Assembly (NCBI GenBank): GCA_035574455.1
Contig: DATLYT010000050.1
Coordinates: forward strand, 1-49,730
DNA length: 49,730 bases
Direction of reading: 5' to 3'
Origin: Bacteroidota bacterium
GTDB taxonomy: Bacteria; Bacteroidota; Ignavibacteria; UBA10030
The position numbers were made by a program, and so were the translations under genes. Shown one piece after another: positions 36,073 to 46,372 of this stretch. The number at the start of each line of letters is the position of its first letter. The first letter of the stretch is position 1. The notes under the pieces are model-generated. The model did not search any database, was not told the origin of the DNA, and worked only from the letters and a program-made list of their open reading frames with translations.

Positions 36073-38847
36073 ATGACCCGTCAAGATAGTTTTCGGACCC
36101 TCTCAGAACTTACCGTTGGCCAACGAACCTACAAGTATTTTTCTCTCGCGAAACTCGAACGCAGCCTGGGAAAGAAGCTCGATCGACTGCCAATCTCACT
36201 TAAAATTCTTCTCGAAAATCTTCTCCGTCAAGAAGATGGGCGAATCGTGAAGAAGGATGATATTCACGCGCTTGTCCATTGGAATCCCAAAGCCACCCCC
36301 GACAAAGAAATCGCCTTCATGCCGGCGCGGGTGCTCCTGCAGGATTTCACCGGTGTGCCGTGCGTGGTGGATTTAGCCGTCATGAGAGACGCGATGGTGA
36401 AAATGGGCGGCGATGCGACGAAGATCAACCCACTACAGCCGGTGGATCTCGTCATCGACCACTCCGTCCAGGTGGATGAGTACGGGACGGAAGCGTCGTT
36501 CATGATCAATGTGGAGAAAGAATTCGAGCGGAACAAAGAGCGCTACATTTTCCTGCGATGGGGACAACAGGCGTTCCAGAATTTCCGCGTTGTCCCGCCC
36601 GGCACCGGCATCGTTCACCAGATTAATCTTGAATACCTCGCCAAAGCCGTGTTTACCGCGCAGGCTGATGGGGCGACGTTCGCGTACCCCGACACGCTCG
36701 TCGGCACGGACTCGCACACGACGATGATCAACGGCCTTGGTGTGCTGGGTTGGGGGGTTGGAGGAATTGAAGCAGAGGCGGCAATGTTGGGTCAGCCGAT
36801 CTCGATGTTGATTCCACAGGTAGTCGGATTCAAACTGCACGGCAAACTCCGGCCCGGAGCGACGGCGACCGACCTCGTTCTCACCGTGACGCAGATGCTG
36901 CGCAAGAAAGGCGTCGTCGGGAAGTTTGTGGAGTTCTTCGGCTCTGGCCTGTCGTCGTTGAGTCTTGCCGACCGCGCCACCATCGGCAACATGGCGCCGG
37001 AGTACGGTGCGACGATAGGATTCTTCCCCGTCGACCAAGAAACCCTCAGCTATCTCCGTTTTACCGGTCGCAGCGAAGAACTGATCGCACTCGTTGAAGC
37101 TTATTGCAAAGAGCAGGGTTTGTTCCATACGGCAAACAGTCCTGAGCCGGAGTTCAGCGACGTGCTCGAACTTGATCTCGCCACGGTCGAACCGAGTCTG
37201 GCCGGACCCAAACGGCCGCAGGATCGTGTTCCGCTCACAACCGCCAAGCGAGCATTTCGTCATGCATTGGTGGAAATGTTAGAGGCCAAAGGCGCTGCAC
37301 TCAACAAAGAAGCCGTTGCCAAGTGGGTCGATGAGGGTGGAAGCTCGCAGCCTGTAACTGATCCCTCCATCGTTCAGAATTGCCTGAAGACAATTCATGT
37401 CCGAAAGAACGGCACGGAATTCGACCTCACGCACGGCTCGGTGGTCATCGCTGCCATCACGAGTTGCACGAACACGTCCAACCCTTCTGTTATGGTTGCC
37501 GCCGGGCTCCTCGCCAAGAAGGCGGCCGAACGAGGTTTAACCTCAAAACCCTGGGTGAAGACCAGCCTTGCGCCTGGGTCAAAGGTCGTCACGGACTACT
37601 TAGCCGAAGCCGGACTGACTCCCTATCTGAACAAGCTCGGCTTCAACCTTGTCGGCTACGGTTGCACGACCTGTATCGGGAACAGCGGGCCGTTGCCCGA
37701 GCCGATTGCCAAGGCGGTGCAGGAGAATGACCTCGTTGCTGTTTCCGTGCTTTCCGGCAATCGGAATTTTGAGGGACGTATCAATCCACACGTCCGCGCA
37801 AATTATCTTGCTTCTCCTCCGCTTGTCGTTGCCTATGCGATCGCCGGGACAATGGATGTCGACATTCAAAACGACCCGCTCGGCACAGACAACGATGGTC
37901 AGCCGGTCTACCTCAAAGATATTTGGCCTTCGCCCGAAGAAGTGGAAGCAACAATTCGGGCGTGCGTGAAGTCGGAGATGTTCCACAAGGAATACGCGAA
38001 CGTGTTTGATGGAGGACAGGAATGGAACACGCTGCCGGTTCCCGAGGGCGACCGATTTGCGTGGGATGAGTCTTCCACGTACATCAAGGCGGCACCGTAT
38101 TTTGAAAACCTGCCGCGTGATCCCAAACCACTGGAGGATATTCGCGGAGCGAGAGCGCTGGCAGTGCTTGGTGATTCGGTGACGACGGACCACATCTCAC
38201 CCGCAGGCTCGATTTCGCCGAAAAGCCCCGCAGGGAAGTATCTCATGGAGCGTGGCGTCCAGCCGAAAGATTTCAACTCGTACGGTTCCCGCCGTGGGAA
38301 TCACGAGGTGATGATGCGGGGAACGTTTGCCAATATCCGTCTCCGCAATCTGATGGCTCCCGGTACCGAAGGGGGTTGGACGATCCATCCTTCATCGAAA
38401 GAGCCGATCACAATTTACGATGCAGCGATGAAGTACAAAGAAGAAGGAGTGCCCCTGGTGATCCTCGCAGGGAAGGAGTATGGCTCCGGATCGTCCCGCG
38501 ACTGGGCGGCGAAGGGTCCACGACTTCTCGGCGTGAGGGCGGTGATTGCTGAGAGCTTCGAGCGTATCCATCGCAGCAATCTTGTTGGAATGGGTGTCTT
38601 GCCGTTGCAGTTTGAGGAAGGGCAAAATGCTAAGAGTTTGGGCTTAACGGGCTTCGAGACCTATGACATCGAAGGCATTGCCGAAGGCCTGCAGCCGATG
38701 AAAAAGATGCGCGTGAAAGCAACAAAGCCTGATGGCTCGGTCGTCACCTTTAATGTTATCGCCCGCATCGATACGCCGAACGAAGTTGATTACTACAAGA
38801 ACGATGGTATTTTGCAGTATGTATTGAGACAGCTGTTAAAGAACTAA
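36073..38847 (+). CDS. acnA: Aconitate hydratase A
   Basis: Full-length AcnA/IRP-type pattern ([17 protein letters not shown], Fe-S ligand region CTNTSNP and [18 protein letters not shown]). The ATG at 36073 follows CAGGAG. The upstream extension to 35941 was rejected. Confidence 0.95.
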   Translation: MTRQDSFRTLSELTVGQRTYKYFSLAKLERSLGKKLDRLPISLKILLENLLRQEDGRIVKKDDIHALVHWNPKATPDKEIAFMPARVLLQDFTGVPCVVDLAVMRDAMVKMGGDATKINPLQPVDLVIDHSVQVDEYGTEASFMINVEKEFERNKERYIFLRWGQQAFQNFRVVPPGTGIVHQINLEYLAKAVFTAQADGATFAYPDTLVGTDSHTTMINGLGVLGWGVGGIEAEAAMLGQPISMLIPQVVGFKLHGKLRPGATATDLVLTVTQMLRKKGVVGKFVEFFGSGLSSLSLADRATIGNMAPEYGATIGFFPVDQETLSYLRFTGRSEELIALVEAYCKEQGLFHTANSPEPEFSDVLELDLATVEPSLAGPKRPQDRVPLTTAKRAFRHALVEMLEAKGAALNKEAVAKWVDEGGSSQPVTDPSIVQNCLKTIHVRKNGTEFDLTHGSVVIAAITSCTNTSNPSVMVAAGLLAKKAAERGLTSKPWVKTSLAPGSKVVTDYLAEAGLTPYLNKLGFNLVGYGCTTCIGNSGPLPEPIAKAVQENDLVAVSVLSGNRNFEGRINPHVRANYLASPPLVVAYAIAGTMDVDIQNDPLGTDNDGQPVYLKDIWPSPEEVEATIRACVKSEMFHKEYANVFDGGQEWNTLPVPEGDRFAWDESSTYIKAAPYFENLPRDPKPLEDIRGARALAVLGDSVTTDHISPAGSISPKSPAGKYLMERGVQPKDFNSYGSRRGNHEVMMRGTFANIRLRNLMAPGTEGGWTIHPSSKEPITIYDAAMKYKEEGVPLVILAGKEYGSGSSRDWAAKGPRLLGVRAVIAESFERIHRSNLVGMGVLPLQFEEGQNAKSLGLTGFETYDIEGIAEGLQPMKKMRVKATKPDGSVVTFNVIARIDTPNEVDYYKNDGILQYVLRQLLKN

Positions 38848-38865
38848 GAGAGGAGCAGAAACACC

Positions 38866-39264
38866 ATGGTAAAACTTTTTTACTTGATCGCTGTCGGTGT
38901 CGCTGGATTTGGCTTAATCATGATGATTCAAGAGAGCGGCCGAAAGGTCATCAGTACCAAGGAAGTCTATGAGTTGATGCAGAAGGACACGAACGTCGTG
39001 GTTCTCGACGTCCGGACTCCGGCGGAGTACCGCGGCGAGCTGGGCCATGTCAAAGGCTCGATTCTGATCCCCGTGCAGGAGTTGGAGGGGAGATTGCACG
39101 AGCTTGAGCCGTTTCGGAACAAGACCATTCTCGCCATCTGTCGATCGGGGAATCGAAGCAGTAGAGCGGCGACGCTTCTGAATGAAAAGGGATTTAAAGC
39201 CCTGAACGTTGAAGGCGGGATGTTGAAGTGGAATAAAGAGAAACTGCCAGTGGAAAAAGAATAA
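38866..39264 (+). CDS. Membrane-anchored single-domain rhodanese (sulfurtransferase)
   Basis: N-terminal TM helix. Rhodanese fold with active-site loop CRSGNRS. GAGAGGAG RBS. Confidence 0.85.
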   Translation: MVKLFYLIAVGVAGFGLIMMIQESGRKVISTKEVYELMQKDTNVVVLDVRTPAEYRGELGHVKGSILIPVQELEGRLHELEPFRNKTILAICRSGNRSSRAATLLNEKGFKALNVEGGMLKWNKEKLPVEKE

Positions 39265-39284
39265 GAGGATTTCTTGGGATAGAG

Positions 39285-39327
39285 CAAAGCCCGGCCGGAG
39301 ATGATTCGGTCGGGCTTTGTGTTGTTG
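39285..39327 (+). terminator. Rho-independent terminator after the rhodanese gene (convergent with the CHRD gene)
   Basis: caaagcccggccg (39285-39297) pairs with cggtcgggctttg (39307-39319) with one G-U pair, followed by tgttgttg. Confidence 0.65.
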
Positions 39328-39346
39328 ACCGGATTCGATGTTCGAG

Positions 39347-41209
39347 CTACTTGATCAACATCATGTTTTTCACCGCCGAGTAGCCGCTATTCGTGCTGAG
39401 TCGGTAGAAATACATTCCAGAACTTAACCCTCTTGCATCGAACTGGACCGCGTAAGTTCCTCCCTCTTGCAAGCCATTCACAAGCGTTGCCACCTCCTGT
39501 CCGAGTACATTGTACACGCGGAGGGACACATCATGACGTGCCCCGACACCGGGTAATGAATAACGGATAACGGTCGTCGGGTTGAACGGATTCGGATAGT
39601 TTTGTTCGAGAATAAAGGTCTGCGGAATACTCGGTGTCTCTACCCGATCAACGCTTGTGGCAACTCCGGTGGAGCTGAGGACTTGACCGCGAATTTCTCC
39701 GCCGGGATTTGCTGCCGTATGGACGTTCATATAGAGTCGTCCTTTTACTAATTCACGCAGCAGCATATCGGTTAACGGTTGTGTCCCATCCGTTGCTGTC
39801 CACGTACCCGTCGAGGTATTATTGGTGAAAGTCATACTTTTTACAACGCCGCCAGCTGTGCCTGTCGCTGCATTGTGGAAGTGCGAACCCGTTATAGCCC
39901 CACTCAAGCCTGTCACCGTTGCATCCCAGCTCACTGTGCCATCGGTGTTTACTCGGACAGACCCTGTTCCCGCAGCAGTGGTGGTCACGGGTGGAACCTC
40001 TTGAGCACCCTCCAGCTTCGCTGCAAACCCAACGACGGAAGTTAACAACACCTGTCCCCGAATTTCTCCTCCTTGGTTTTGTCCGGTGTGGATGTTGACA
40101 TACAGTCTTCCTCTTAGCAATTCACTCAAGAGCGAATCGGTCAGGGGCTGATTCGCATCAGAACTACTCCAAACCCCCGATGTCGTGTTATTTGTAAATG
40201 TGAGGCTTTTCACCACACCCCCAGCCACCCCAGCTGCAGCATTGTGGAAGTGAGAACCCGTTATTGGCCCGCTCAAACCGTTGACGGTGATGTTGTACGA
40301 GAGTTGTGAAGCATTGGCGCTCAGGACGAATGTCCCTGTTCCACTTGCCGCGGTGGAGACGGCAGGTACTTCTTGGGTGCCATCGAGCTTTGCAGTAAAT
40401 ACAGCACCGGGACTGAGAAGAACCTGGCCGCGAATTTCTCCACCCGGATTGGCAGCAGTATGGACGTTCATATACAGCCGTCCTCTTACCAATTCTCGCA
40501 ATAAAAGATCAGTTAACGGCTGTGATTGATCGCTAGCACTCCAGGTACCGGCAGATGTATTGTTGGTGAAGGTCATGCTCTTAACAACGCCCCCAGTCGC
40601 ACCGACTGCCCCATTGTGGAAATGCGAGCCCGTAATGGCTCCGCTCAGTCCGGTAACGGTAGCATCCCAGGTCACCGTGCCGTTGGGGTTGAGCGTCACC
40701 GACCCGGTCCCGGCAGCGGTGGTGCTCACCGGTGGAACCTCTTGAGCGCCCTCAAGCCGCGCTGTAAATGTTACGGGTCCGGAAAGCAAGACTTGTCCCC
40801 GAATTTCTCCTCCCGGATATTGACCGGTGTGAATGTTAACGTACAGCCTACCACGTAACAACTCACTCAGCAATGAATCGGTCAAAGGCTGGGTAGCATC
40901 GCCCACACTCCAAACACCGGATGAGGTGTTGTTTGTGAACGTCAAACTCTTCACGACACCTGCGGCCACGCCGGCTGGGGCATTGTGGAAATGGGAACCC
41001 GTTATCGGGCCGCTGAGGCCGTTGACGGTGATGTTGTAGGTAAGTTGTGTTGCGTCTCTGCTGAGAATAAAGGTCCCCGTGCCCGAGGCTGTTGTCGTGA
41101 CGGGCGGAACTTCTTGACTGCCGTCTAACTTTGCCGTAAAGAAGATCTGCCCGTAGGATGTTGACACGACAACGAGCAGTCCAATGCAAATCCTTAGAAA
41201 TGATCTCAT
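39347..41209 (-). CDS. Secreted protein with four tandem CHRD domains and a T9SS C-terminal sorting domain
   Basis: Signal peptide. Four repeats of about 124 aa, each with GSHFHN...GGVVKS...LL.GRLY.N.HT....GGEIRGQV (CHRD pattern). The C-terminal FILEQNYPNPFNPTTVIRYSLP...YFYRL...K (nt 39350-39616) fits the type A Por/T9SS sorting domain. AAGGAGGAG RBS. Confidence 0.85.
   Translation of the reverse strand: MRSFLRICIGLLVVVSTSYGQIFFTAKLDGSQEVPPVTTTASGTGTFILSRDATQLTYNITVNGLSGPITGSHFHNAPAGVAAGVVKSLTFTNNTSSGVWSVGDATQPLTDSLLSELLRGRLYVNIHTGQYPGGEIRGQVLLSGPVTFTARLEGAQEVPPVSTTAAGTGSVTLNPNGTVTWDATVTGLSGAITGSHFHNGAVGATGGVVKSMTFTNNTSAGTWSASDQSQPLTDLLLRELVRGRLYMNVHTAANPGGEIRGQVLLSPGAVFTAKLDGTQEVPAVSTAASGTGTFVLSANASQLSYNITVNGLSGPITGSHFHNAAAGVAGGVVKSLTFTNNTTSGVWSSSDANQPLTDSLLSELLRGRLYVNIHTGQNQGGEIRGQVLLTSVVGFAAKLEGAQEVPPVTTTAAGTGSVRVNTDGTVSWDATVTGLSGAITGSHFHNAATGTAGGVVKSMTFTNNTSTGTWTATDGTQPLTDMLLRELVKGRLYMNVHTAANPGGEIRGQVLSSTGVATSVDRVETPSIPQTFILEQNYPNPFNPTTVIRYSLPGVGARHDVSLRVYNVLGQEVATLVNGLQEGGTYAVQFDARGLSSGMYFYRLSTNSGYSAVKNMMLIK
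39665..41149 (-). repeat. Coding tandem repeat, (A-B)x2 arrangement of about 372-nt CHRD units
   Basis: Protein repeats 1 and 3 (res 21-144, 269-392) are much closer to each other than to repeats 2 and 4 (res 145-268, 393-515). This indicates duplication of a two-domain block of about 744 nt. Confidence 0.85.
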
Positions 41210-41304
41210 AACTCCTCCTTAAAGAGTTGTGGATGATTGAAATTGAGCACGATCTGGTGCTCGGGGTGTTCCTAATAGATTACGAAGACTCTATGGAAAC
41301 GGAT

Positions 41305-41976
41305 TTACGTTGAAGCAGCCGCAGCATCTTCATTCTTTTGTGGCCGTAGCTTTGCCAACCGAGGCGCGAGGAAGACCCAGAGTCGATATCCTAACAACAC
41401 GGCAACGATGGCACCGTAGGTTAAGGGCCGTTGGGTGTCCGCCTTCACGAGCCAGAGGTAGTGAATGACTCCGCCAATCGCTGTAAGGTAGATGAGCCGA
41501 TGCAGTAGATTCCATCGCTTCCCGCCCATCCACTTGGTGATACGGTCTGTCGATGTCGCAGCAAGCGGAATCATTAACACGAAACTGGTAAAGCCGACAA
41601 GAATGAACGGCCGCTTGGCAATGTCGGCCGCAATCTCTTCCCAGGCAAAGAATTGGTCGAGGTAGATGTACGTGGTGAAGTGGAGAAGCCCATAAAAGAA
41701 CGCAAAGAGGCCGAACATCCGTCGCAGTTGCTGCAAGGGAGTCCAACCCGTGATGCGACGAAGCGGGGTAACGCAGAGCGTAATGACGATGAAGCGAAGA
41801 GTCCACGTGCCCGTCTCGTCGGTAATATCGTCAATCGGGTTCGCGCTGAGTTGGTCGTGGAGAGCGTTCCAGACGAGTAAGCCGAGCGGGAGGAGGCAGA
41901 GAAGAAAGACAATCGGTTTGATGACTCGACGGACGAGTTGAGCTTGGTTCATGGGAAAGGGGGTGTATTGCCTCAT
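41305..41976 (-). CDS. msrQ: Protein-methionine-sulfoxide reductase heme-binding subunit MsrQ (YedZ)
   Basis: Six-TM ferric-reductase-like protein. LSANPIDDITDETGTWTLRFIVITLCVTPLRR and RRMFGLFAFFYGLLHFTTY closely parallel E. coli MsrQ. The start is the ATG at 41976 or at 41952. Confidence 0.85.
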   Translation of the reverse strand: MRQYTPFPMNQAQLVRRVIKPIVFLLCLLPLGLLVWNALHDQLSANPIDDITDETGTWTLRFIVITLCVTPLRRITGWTPLQQLRRMFGLFAFFYGLLHFTTYIYLDQFFAWEEIAADIAKRPFILVGFTSFVLMIPLAATSTDRITKWMGGKRWNLLHRLIYLTAIGGVIHYLWLVKADTQRPLTYGAIVAVLLGYRLWVFLAPRLAKLRPQKNEDAAAAST

Positions 41977-42040
41977 TGGTTCAATGGATCAGTGAGGCAA
42001 TGAATAAATTAGAAACTGATCTTACGCAAATTGGGATGTA

Positions 42041-42298
42041 GAAGCATATTTCACCTCTACGGGGTTCGATGACGTTCTTATTTCAAAAGCTACCAAAATT
42101 GCACTCCCCGCCAGACGGAAGGCGGGCTGGCTACGGAGTGTACGGGATTCGACACGTTTTTTATCGTCCCGTAGGGACGAAATGTTGGTAGAGCAAGTCC
42201 AAACAAAATTATCATAGCCGCGGTAGCGGCGACATTATGGTAGCCCCCGTCAGGCCTGCCCGCCTCAGGCGGGGGCGACTGTGCGTAACATCAGTTAG
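42041..42298 (+). repeat. Family A modular hairpin repeat cluster, locus 2 (about 6 units in both orientations) filling the msrP-msrQ gap
   Basis: Units: gaagcatatttcacc-tctacgggg (inverted), ctaccaaaattgcac-tccccgccagacggaaggcggg (inverted), cgtcccgtagggacg-aaatgttggtag, gccgcggtagcggc-gacattatggtag, cccgcctcaggcggg-ggcgac, and the end tgcgtaacatcagttag. Confidence 0.85.
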
Positions 42299-43248
42299 AA
42301 ATATTTCCTCAAATCCATCCCGGCATACAGATGCGCCACATGTTCGCCGTAGCCGTTGAACATGAGGGTCTTCCGCTTGAAGAACTCGCCAATCCGCCGT
42401 TCGTTCTTCTGACTCCATCGTGGGTGGTCGACATCCGGGTTGACGTTGGAGTAGAAGCCGTACTCATCGGGATTGGCAATCATCCATGTCGTCGTTGGCT
42501 GATTCTCCACGAACCGTATCCGGACAATCGATTTAATTCCCTTAAAGCCGTATTTCCACGGCACAACCAGGCGGATCGGCGCGCCGTTTTGATTCGGCAA
42601 TGTTTTACCGTACAGCCCGACGGCAAGAATCGTTAACGGATGAATGGCTTCATCCATCCGTAAGCCTTCAACGTAGGGCCAGTTCAGGTACGGCCTTCGT
42701 TGACCGGGCATCTGTTCGGGATCGTGAAGCGTGGTGAACTCGACAAATTTCGCCTTCGAGGTCGGTTCGAACTTTTTGATGAGATTGGCAAGGGGAAACC
42801 CGAGCCAGGGGATGACCATCGACCACGCCTCAACGCAACGCAATCGGTAGATGCGGTCTTCGAGCGTCTGGCCTTTGAGAATGTCTTCAAGGTTGTATGT
42901 TGCCGGCTTTTTGACGTGACCCTCGACGCGAATCGTCCAGGGCGTTGTGCGGAAGTTTTGAGCGTTCTTATGAGGGTCGTCTTTATCGACGCCGAACTCG
43001 TAGAAGTTATTGTAGGTGGTGATGTCTTTGTAGGGGGTCAGCTTTTCGTCGGAGTCGTAAGGGCCTTTCTTTGAGGGTTTCCAATTGTCCTGTTCACGAG
43101 CAAGAAGCTCTTGAAATGGAGCGATGGATTGTAACGCAAGGCCGGCCGTTGCCACAGAGGCGGTACGAAGAAACGACCGGCGGTTGTGATACAGTGATTC
43201 AGGTGTGATTTCGGACGGACGGACGTCGTCCGCGCGTTTGATAAGCAT
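42295..43248 (-). CDS. msrP: Protein-methionine-sulfoxide reductase catalytic subunit MsrP (YedY, Mo-molybdopterin, Tat-exported)
   Basis: Twin-arginine leader [67 protein letters not shown] and HPRWSQ nearly mirror E. coli MsrP through the C-terminus. The ATG at 43248 follows GGAGGAG. The TTG at 43272 was rejected. Confidence 0.9.
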   Translation of the reverse strand: MLIKRADDVRPSEITPESLYHNRRSFLRTASVATAGLALQSIAPFQELLAREQDNWKPSKKGPYDSDEKLTPYKDITTYNNFYEFGVDKDDPHKNAQNFRTTPWTIRVEGHVKKPATYNLEDILKGQTLEDRIYRLRCVEAWSMVIPWLGFPLANLIKKFEPTSKAKFVEFTTLHDPEQMPGQRRPYLNWPYVEGLRMDEAIHPLTILAVGLYGKTLPNQNGAPIRLVVPWKYGFKGIKSIVRIRFVENQPTTTWMIANPDEYGFYSNVNPDVDHPRWSQKNERRIGEFFKRKTLMFNGYGEHVAHLYAGMDLRKYF

Positions 43249-43456
43249 AGTTCTCTCTCCTCCAGATGGCAAACGGCGTTTAGCCTTCTAACCGCAATGG
43301 GGAGGTTTTCGTTCCCAGCAAAAAGAACTTCTGGGGCGGGGACATTTTTACGCCAACAAGAGGAAGGACTAGAGGACACGGCAAGAAATCGAGGCGTTGG
43401 TAGAGACTTCAGCCGTGTTTGATGGAGGGCTCGCTTAGCATGACGAGTGACTTGTT

Positions 43457-45067
43457 TTACGTCCGCTCCTGTTTCCACCAGCGCTCGACGACCTGCGGAA
43501 TATTCGTCTGGACGCCGCTCTGTTTCCATTTATCGAAGAAGCGAATGTCCGCGCTTTCAGGTTCCGGATTGGGGTAGTCGATCTGCACGCGCAGAGGCAT
43601 AGGAATCGCATCGCCTACGACCAGTGCTTCACCCTGTCGAAGCGCGGGGAGGACGTCCACCAGCCCCGCAAAGCTATCGGGGACGAGTCGGCGGACGTAG
43701 TTCTGGTCGATCGGATTGGTGAGACGAAGGATCACGAAATTGCTGCACTGCGAAAGGATGGTTTCGGAGACTTCGGTCGGGCGCTGGCTAACGATCATAC
43801 AACTGACGCCGTACTTACGACCTTCCTTGGCGATACGCTCGACCACGCGGCGCGCGGCTTTCGTTGTGGATCCGCCGCTGGGAAGATAGTTGTGCGCTTC
43901 CTCGAAGACGAGCAAGATAGGGAAGTCGCGCCGGTGCATATTCCAGAAGTTGAAGTCGAACGACATCCGTGCCAGCATCGCGACGATGGTGTTCACGATG
44001 TCGAACGGAACGCCGCTCATGTCCATGAGCGTCACCTTGGCCGCGCCGCCTTTGCCGAAGATTCTCTCCATCAGGTCTTTCATCGACTCGGAGGTAAGGT
44101 ACTGCTTCGGTTTGAACATGAACGCGTAGCGCGGGTCGTTCAGCTTGCTGTCGAGTCGGACGAGGAAGCGCGTGAACTTTCCATAGAAAGGACCTTCTTT
44201 GGGTCCGGCCGTCGAACCTCCTGAGATTTTCTCGGTATCAAGGTACTGCATCTTCGCACGCACTTCGGAAATGTCATAGTACACCGGTGTGTCGATCGTA
44301 AGTACATCGGCGAGCTGTGGATTCTTTCCCTTCTTCGAGGCAATGATGAGATCCTTCAGCACGGTAATCTGGCTCGATGCGTTCTCATCCTTTTCATCGA
44401 TGAACATCTCCTGCATCTCTTCGAAATTCATCAACCAGTAGGGGAATTCGAGTTCAGCAATGTTGAGGTAGTTGGAGGAATCCTTAAACGCTGCCGCGTA
44501 CTCGTTGTGGATATCGAGAATGATGATGTTCGTATCGGGAAAGGACGTGACCTTTTGCAGGAGGGAGGAGACCGTGCAGGATTTTCCGGAGCCGCTGGAG
44601 CCCAGAACCGCGATATGCTTTCCGAAAAACCGATTCGGATCCAGGTAGCTACGCTCGTTTTCAAACATCGACAGGTTGCCGATGGAAAAACCGAACTTGC
44701 GGAAGACGGAGAACACGGCGGTGAGGTCGGCGTCCTCAGCGAGATAAACAGGTGAATCGACAGAGGGGATAATCGAAACGCCGCGCTCGTACCGCCCGCC
44801 CTTCACGGTGCCGACAAGGTTGATCGTCATAACGTAGCGCTGAGTGCTCACGCCGTTGATGGTCACGTCGCGTTTTTTGAAGTCCGACACCATCGCAACG
44901 ACGATCAGCTTCCCGAACGGAATCAGCACGTAACTGCCGACCTGCCCGATGTAGTACGTTTTCCCGTTCAGTTCGCGAGTGAGGGAATCGATCTCCTCAT
45001 CAACAAGCACGGTCAATCCCGCCGTGCTGACTTCTGAGACGACGCCAATCTTTTTTTGTGCTTGCAT
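43457..45067 (-). CDS. HerA/FtsK-clade P-loop ATPase (DUF87/HerA-like) without an adjacent NurA
   Basis: N-terminal beta-barrel-like segment (IGVVSEVSTAGLTVLV...GSYVLIPFGKLIVVAMV). Walker A GSSGSGKS (nt 44579-44602). Walker B ILLVFEEAHNYLP. VSQRPTEVS arginine-finger region. Confidence 0.8.
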   Translation of the reverse strand: MQAQKKIGVVSEVSTAGLTVLVDEEIDSLTRELNGKTYYIGQVGSYVLIPFGKLIVVAMVSDFKKRDVTINGVSTQRYVMTINLVGTVKGGRYERGVSIIPSVDSPVYLAEDADLTAVFSVFRKFGFSIGNLSMFENERSYLDPNRFFGKHIAVLGSSGSGKSCTVSSLLQKVTSFPDTNIIILDIHNEYAAAFKDSSNYLNIAELEFPYWLMNFEEMQEMFIDEKDENASSQITVLKDLIIASKKGKNPQLADVLTIDTPVYYDISEVRAKMQYLDTEKISGGSTAGPKEGPFYGKFTRFLVRLDSKLNDPRYAFMFKPKQYLTSESMKDLMERIFGKGGAAKVTLMDMSGVPFDIVNTIVAMLARMSFDFNFWNMHRRDFPILLVFEEAHNYLPSGGSTTKAARRVVERIAKEGRKYGVSCMIVSQRPTEVSETILSQCSNFVILRLTNPIDQNYVRRLVPDSFAGLVDVLPALRQGEALVVGDAIPMPLRVQIDYPNPEPESADIRFFDKWKQSGVQTNIPQVVERWWKQERT

Positions 45068-45119
45068 AGTGTTCTCGACGCTCCGTAGGTGACCAATTGA
45101 GACTGTGTGTTAGCCAATG

Positions 45120-46352
45120 TTAGTGAACTCTCTTGACAACTACAACGGTCATATCATCACTGTTTTCCGAGCCTTGAGAAAATTTCTGTACATCGTGGAT
45201 AAGAGCACGGCAGATTGTTTCGGCGCTTTCCTCGGCAAGCTCTTCAACCTTCTCTGCGACGCGCCGCTCGCCATAGAACTGACCCTGGCTATCCGTGGCC
45301 TCACTGATGCCGTCGGAAAACAGCACGAGGATGTCGCCGAATTCCAGATGCGTATGCTCGACCCGGTAGCGCTCATGAGGAAACGGTCCGAGAATTTGTC
45401 CCGTCGCTTCCAACAGTTCCACTCTTCGTTCGGCGGTGTGATAGAGCACCGGACTGTTGTGTCCCGCATTCGCATAGAGCAGGAGGCCCTTCTGGTCGTC
45501 CGCAAGCTCGATGTAGATCATGGAAACGAACTGTTCTTCCGAGAAGGTCGAATGTACCAACCGATTGATGCGAGACATGAGCGAGCTGATTTTCGTGTGG
45601 TACAAAATGCCCATCCGGAGGGCGCCCACCACGTACAGCGCCTGAGCCGCCGCCCGAAATCCCTTGCTTGCCGCGTCGCCGAGCACCACACTCAGTCGAT
45701 CGCGTTCGGCATCTGCAAAGAGATAGTCAAAGAAATCGCCGCCGACAATTCTATCCGGAATCGACATGCCGTATAGCTCATAGTTATGGAACTGCAGCGC
45801 CGATTCCGGTAAAATGCTTTGTTGAATCTCGCGGGCCTTATCGAGGTCACGCTCTAACAGCTTCGCTTTCTGCTCAATCTTCTTTCCTTTGAGCCGCGCC
45901 GTCACGGCGAGGCTGATAATGTTCAGCTCGCCCAGCAAGCTCTGGTCAAGCTCATCCGAGTTGAACGCCAGCACGTACTGATACACCAGTCCGCGCTTGG
46001 AGGAAAGACGCTCACCCACTCCCGTTGCCGAATACTTGAGAATGCCTTTCTTGCGCAGATATCGGTCTGTTTCCCGGGCAAGAATCGACCGATGCGTTCC
46101 GATTTGGACAAAGATGGGGTAGTCCGAAACGGAAAGCACATAGCCGGGTTCAATCCGCTCAATGTTGCCGATCTGATGAATCAGCTTGTAGGATTCCGTC
46201 CGGGGGTCGTACTGCCATATGCGACCGCCCTGGATGTTGATGTTTTCGTTTTTAACGATTTCGTTGACAACATGTTTGAGCAGTTGTGCATCGGATTTGA
46301 AGTCGTGAGAAACAAAGCTTTCGATCGTTTTGTACAGACGTCGCTGATTCAT
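45120..46352 (-). CDS. GAF domain-containing PP2C/SpoIIE-family serine phosphatase (RsbU-like)
   Basis: Residues about 15-165 have a GAF-like pattern. Next comes a coiled linker ending in AREIQQSILP. The PP2C core follows (VGGDFFDY, VVLGDAASKGFRAAAQ, LFSDGISE, DDMTVVVVK). Confidence 0.85.
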   Translation of the reverse strand: MNQRRLYKTIESFVSHDFKSDAQLLKHVVNEIVKNENINIQGGRIWQYDPRTESYKLIHQIGNIERIEPGYVLSVSDYPIFVQIGTHRSILARETDRYLRKKGILKYSATGVGERLSSKRGLVYQYVLAFNSDELDQSLLGELNIISLAVTARLKGKKIEQKAKLLERDLDKAREIQQSILPESALQFHNYELYGMSIPDRIVGGDFFDYLFADAERDRLSVVLGDAASKGFRAAAQALYVVGALRMGILYHTKISSLMSRINRLVHSTFSEEQFVSMIYIELADDQKGLLLYANAGHNSPVLYHTAERRVELLEATGQILGPFPHERYRVEHTHLEFGDILVLFSDGISEATDSQGQFYGERRVAEKVEELAEESAETICRALIHDVQKFSQGSENSDDMTVVVVKRVH

Positions 46353-46372
46353 GGAGTCCTTTACGTATTTTC

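Noticed and set aside
43249-43456. The 208-nt gap between the HerA-like gene and msrP as a hiding place for a missing HerA partner (e.g. a small nuclease), and the 163-aa ORF 43038-43529 spanning it.
   Set aside because: The spanning ORF overlaps both flanking genes out of frame and has no motifs. The gap is too short for a NurA-type protein and more likely holds the msrP promoter.
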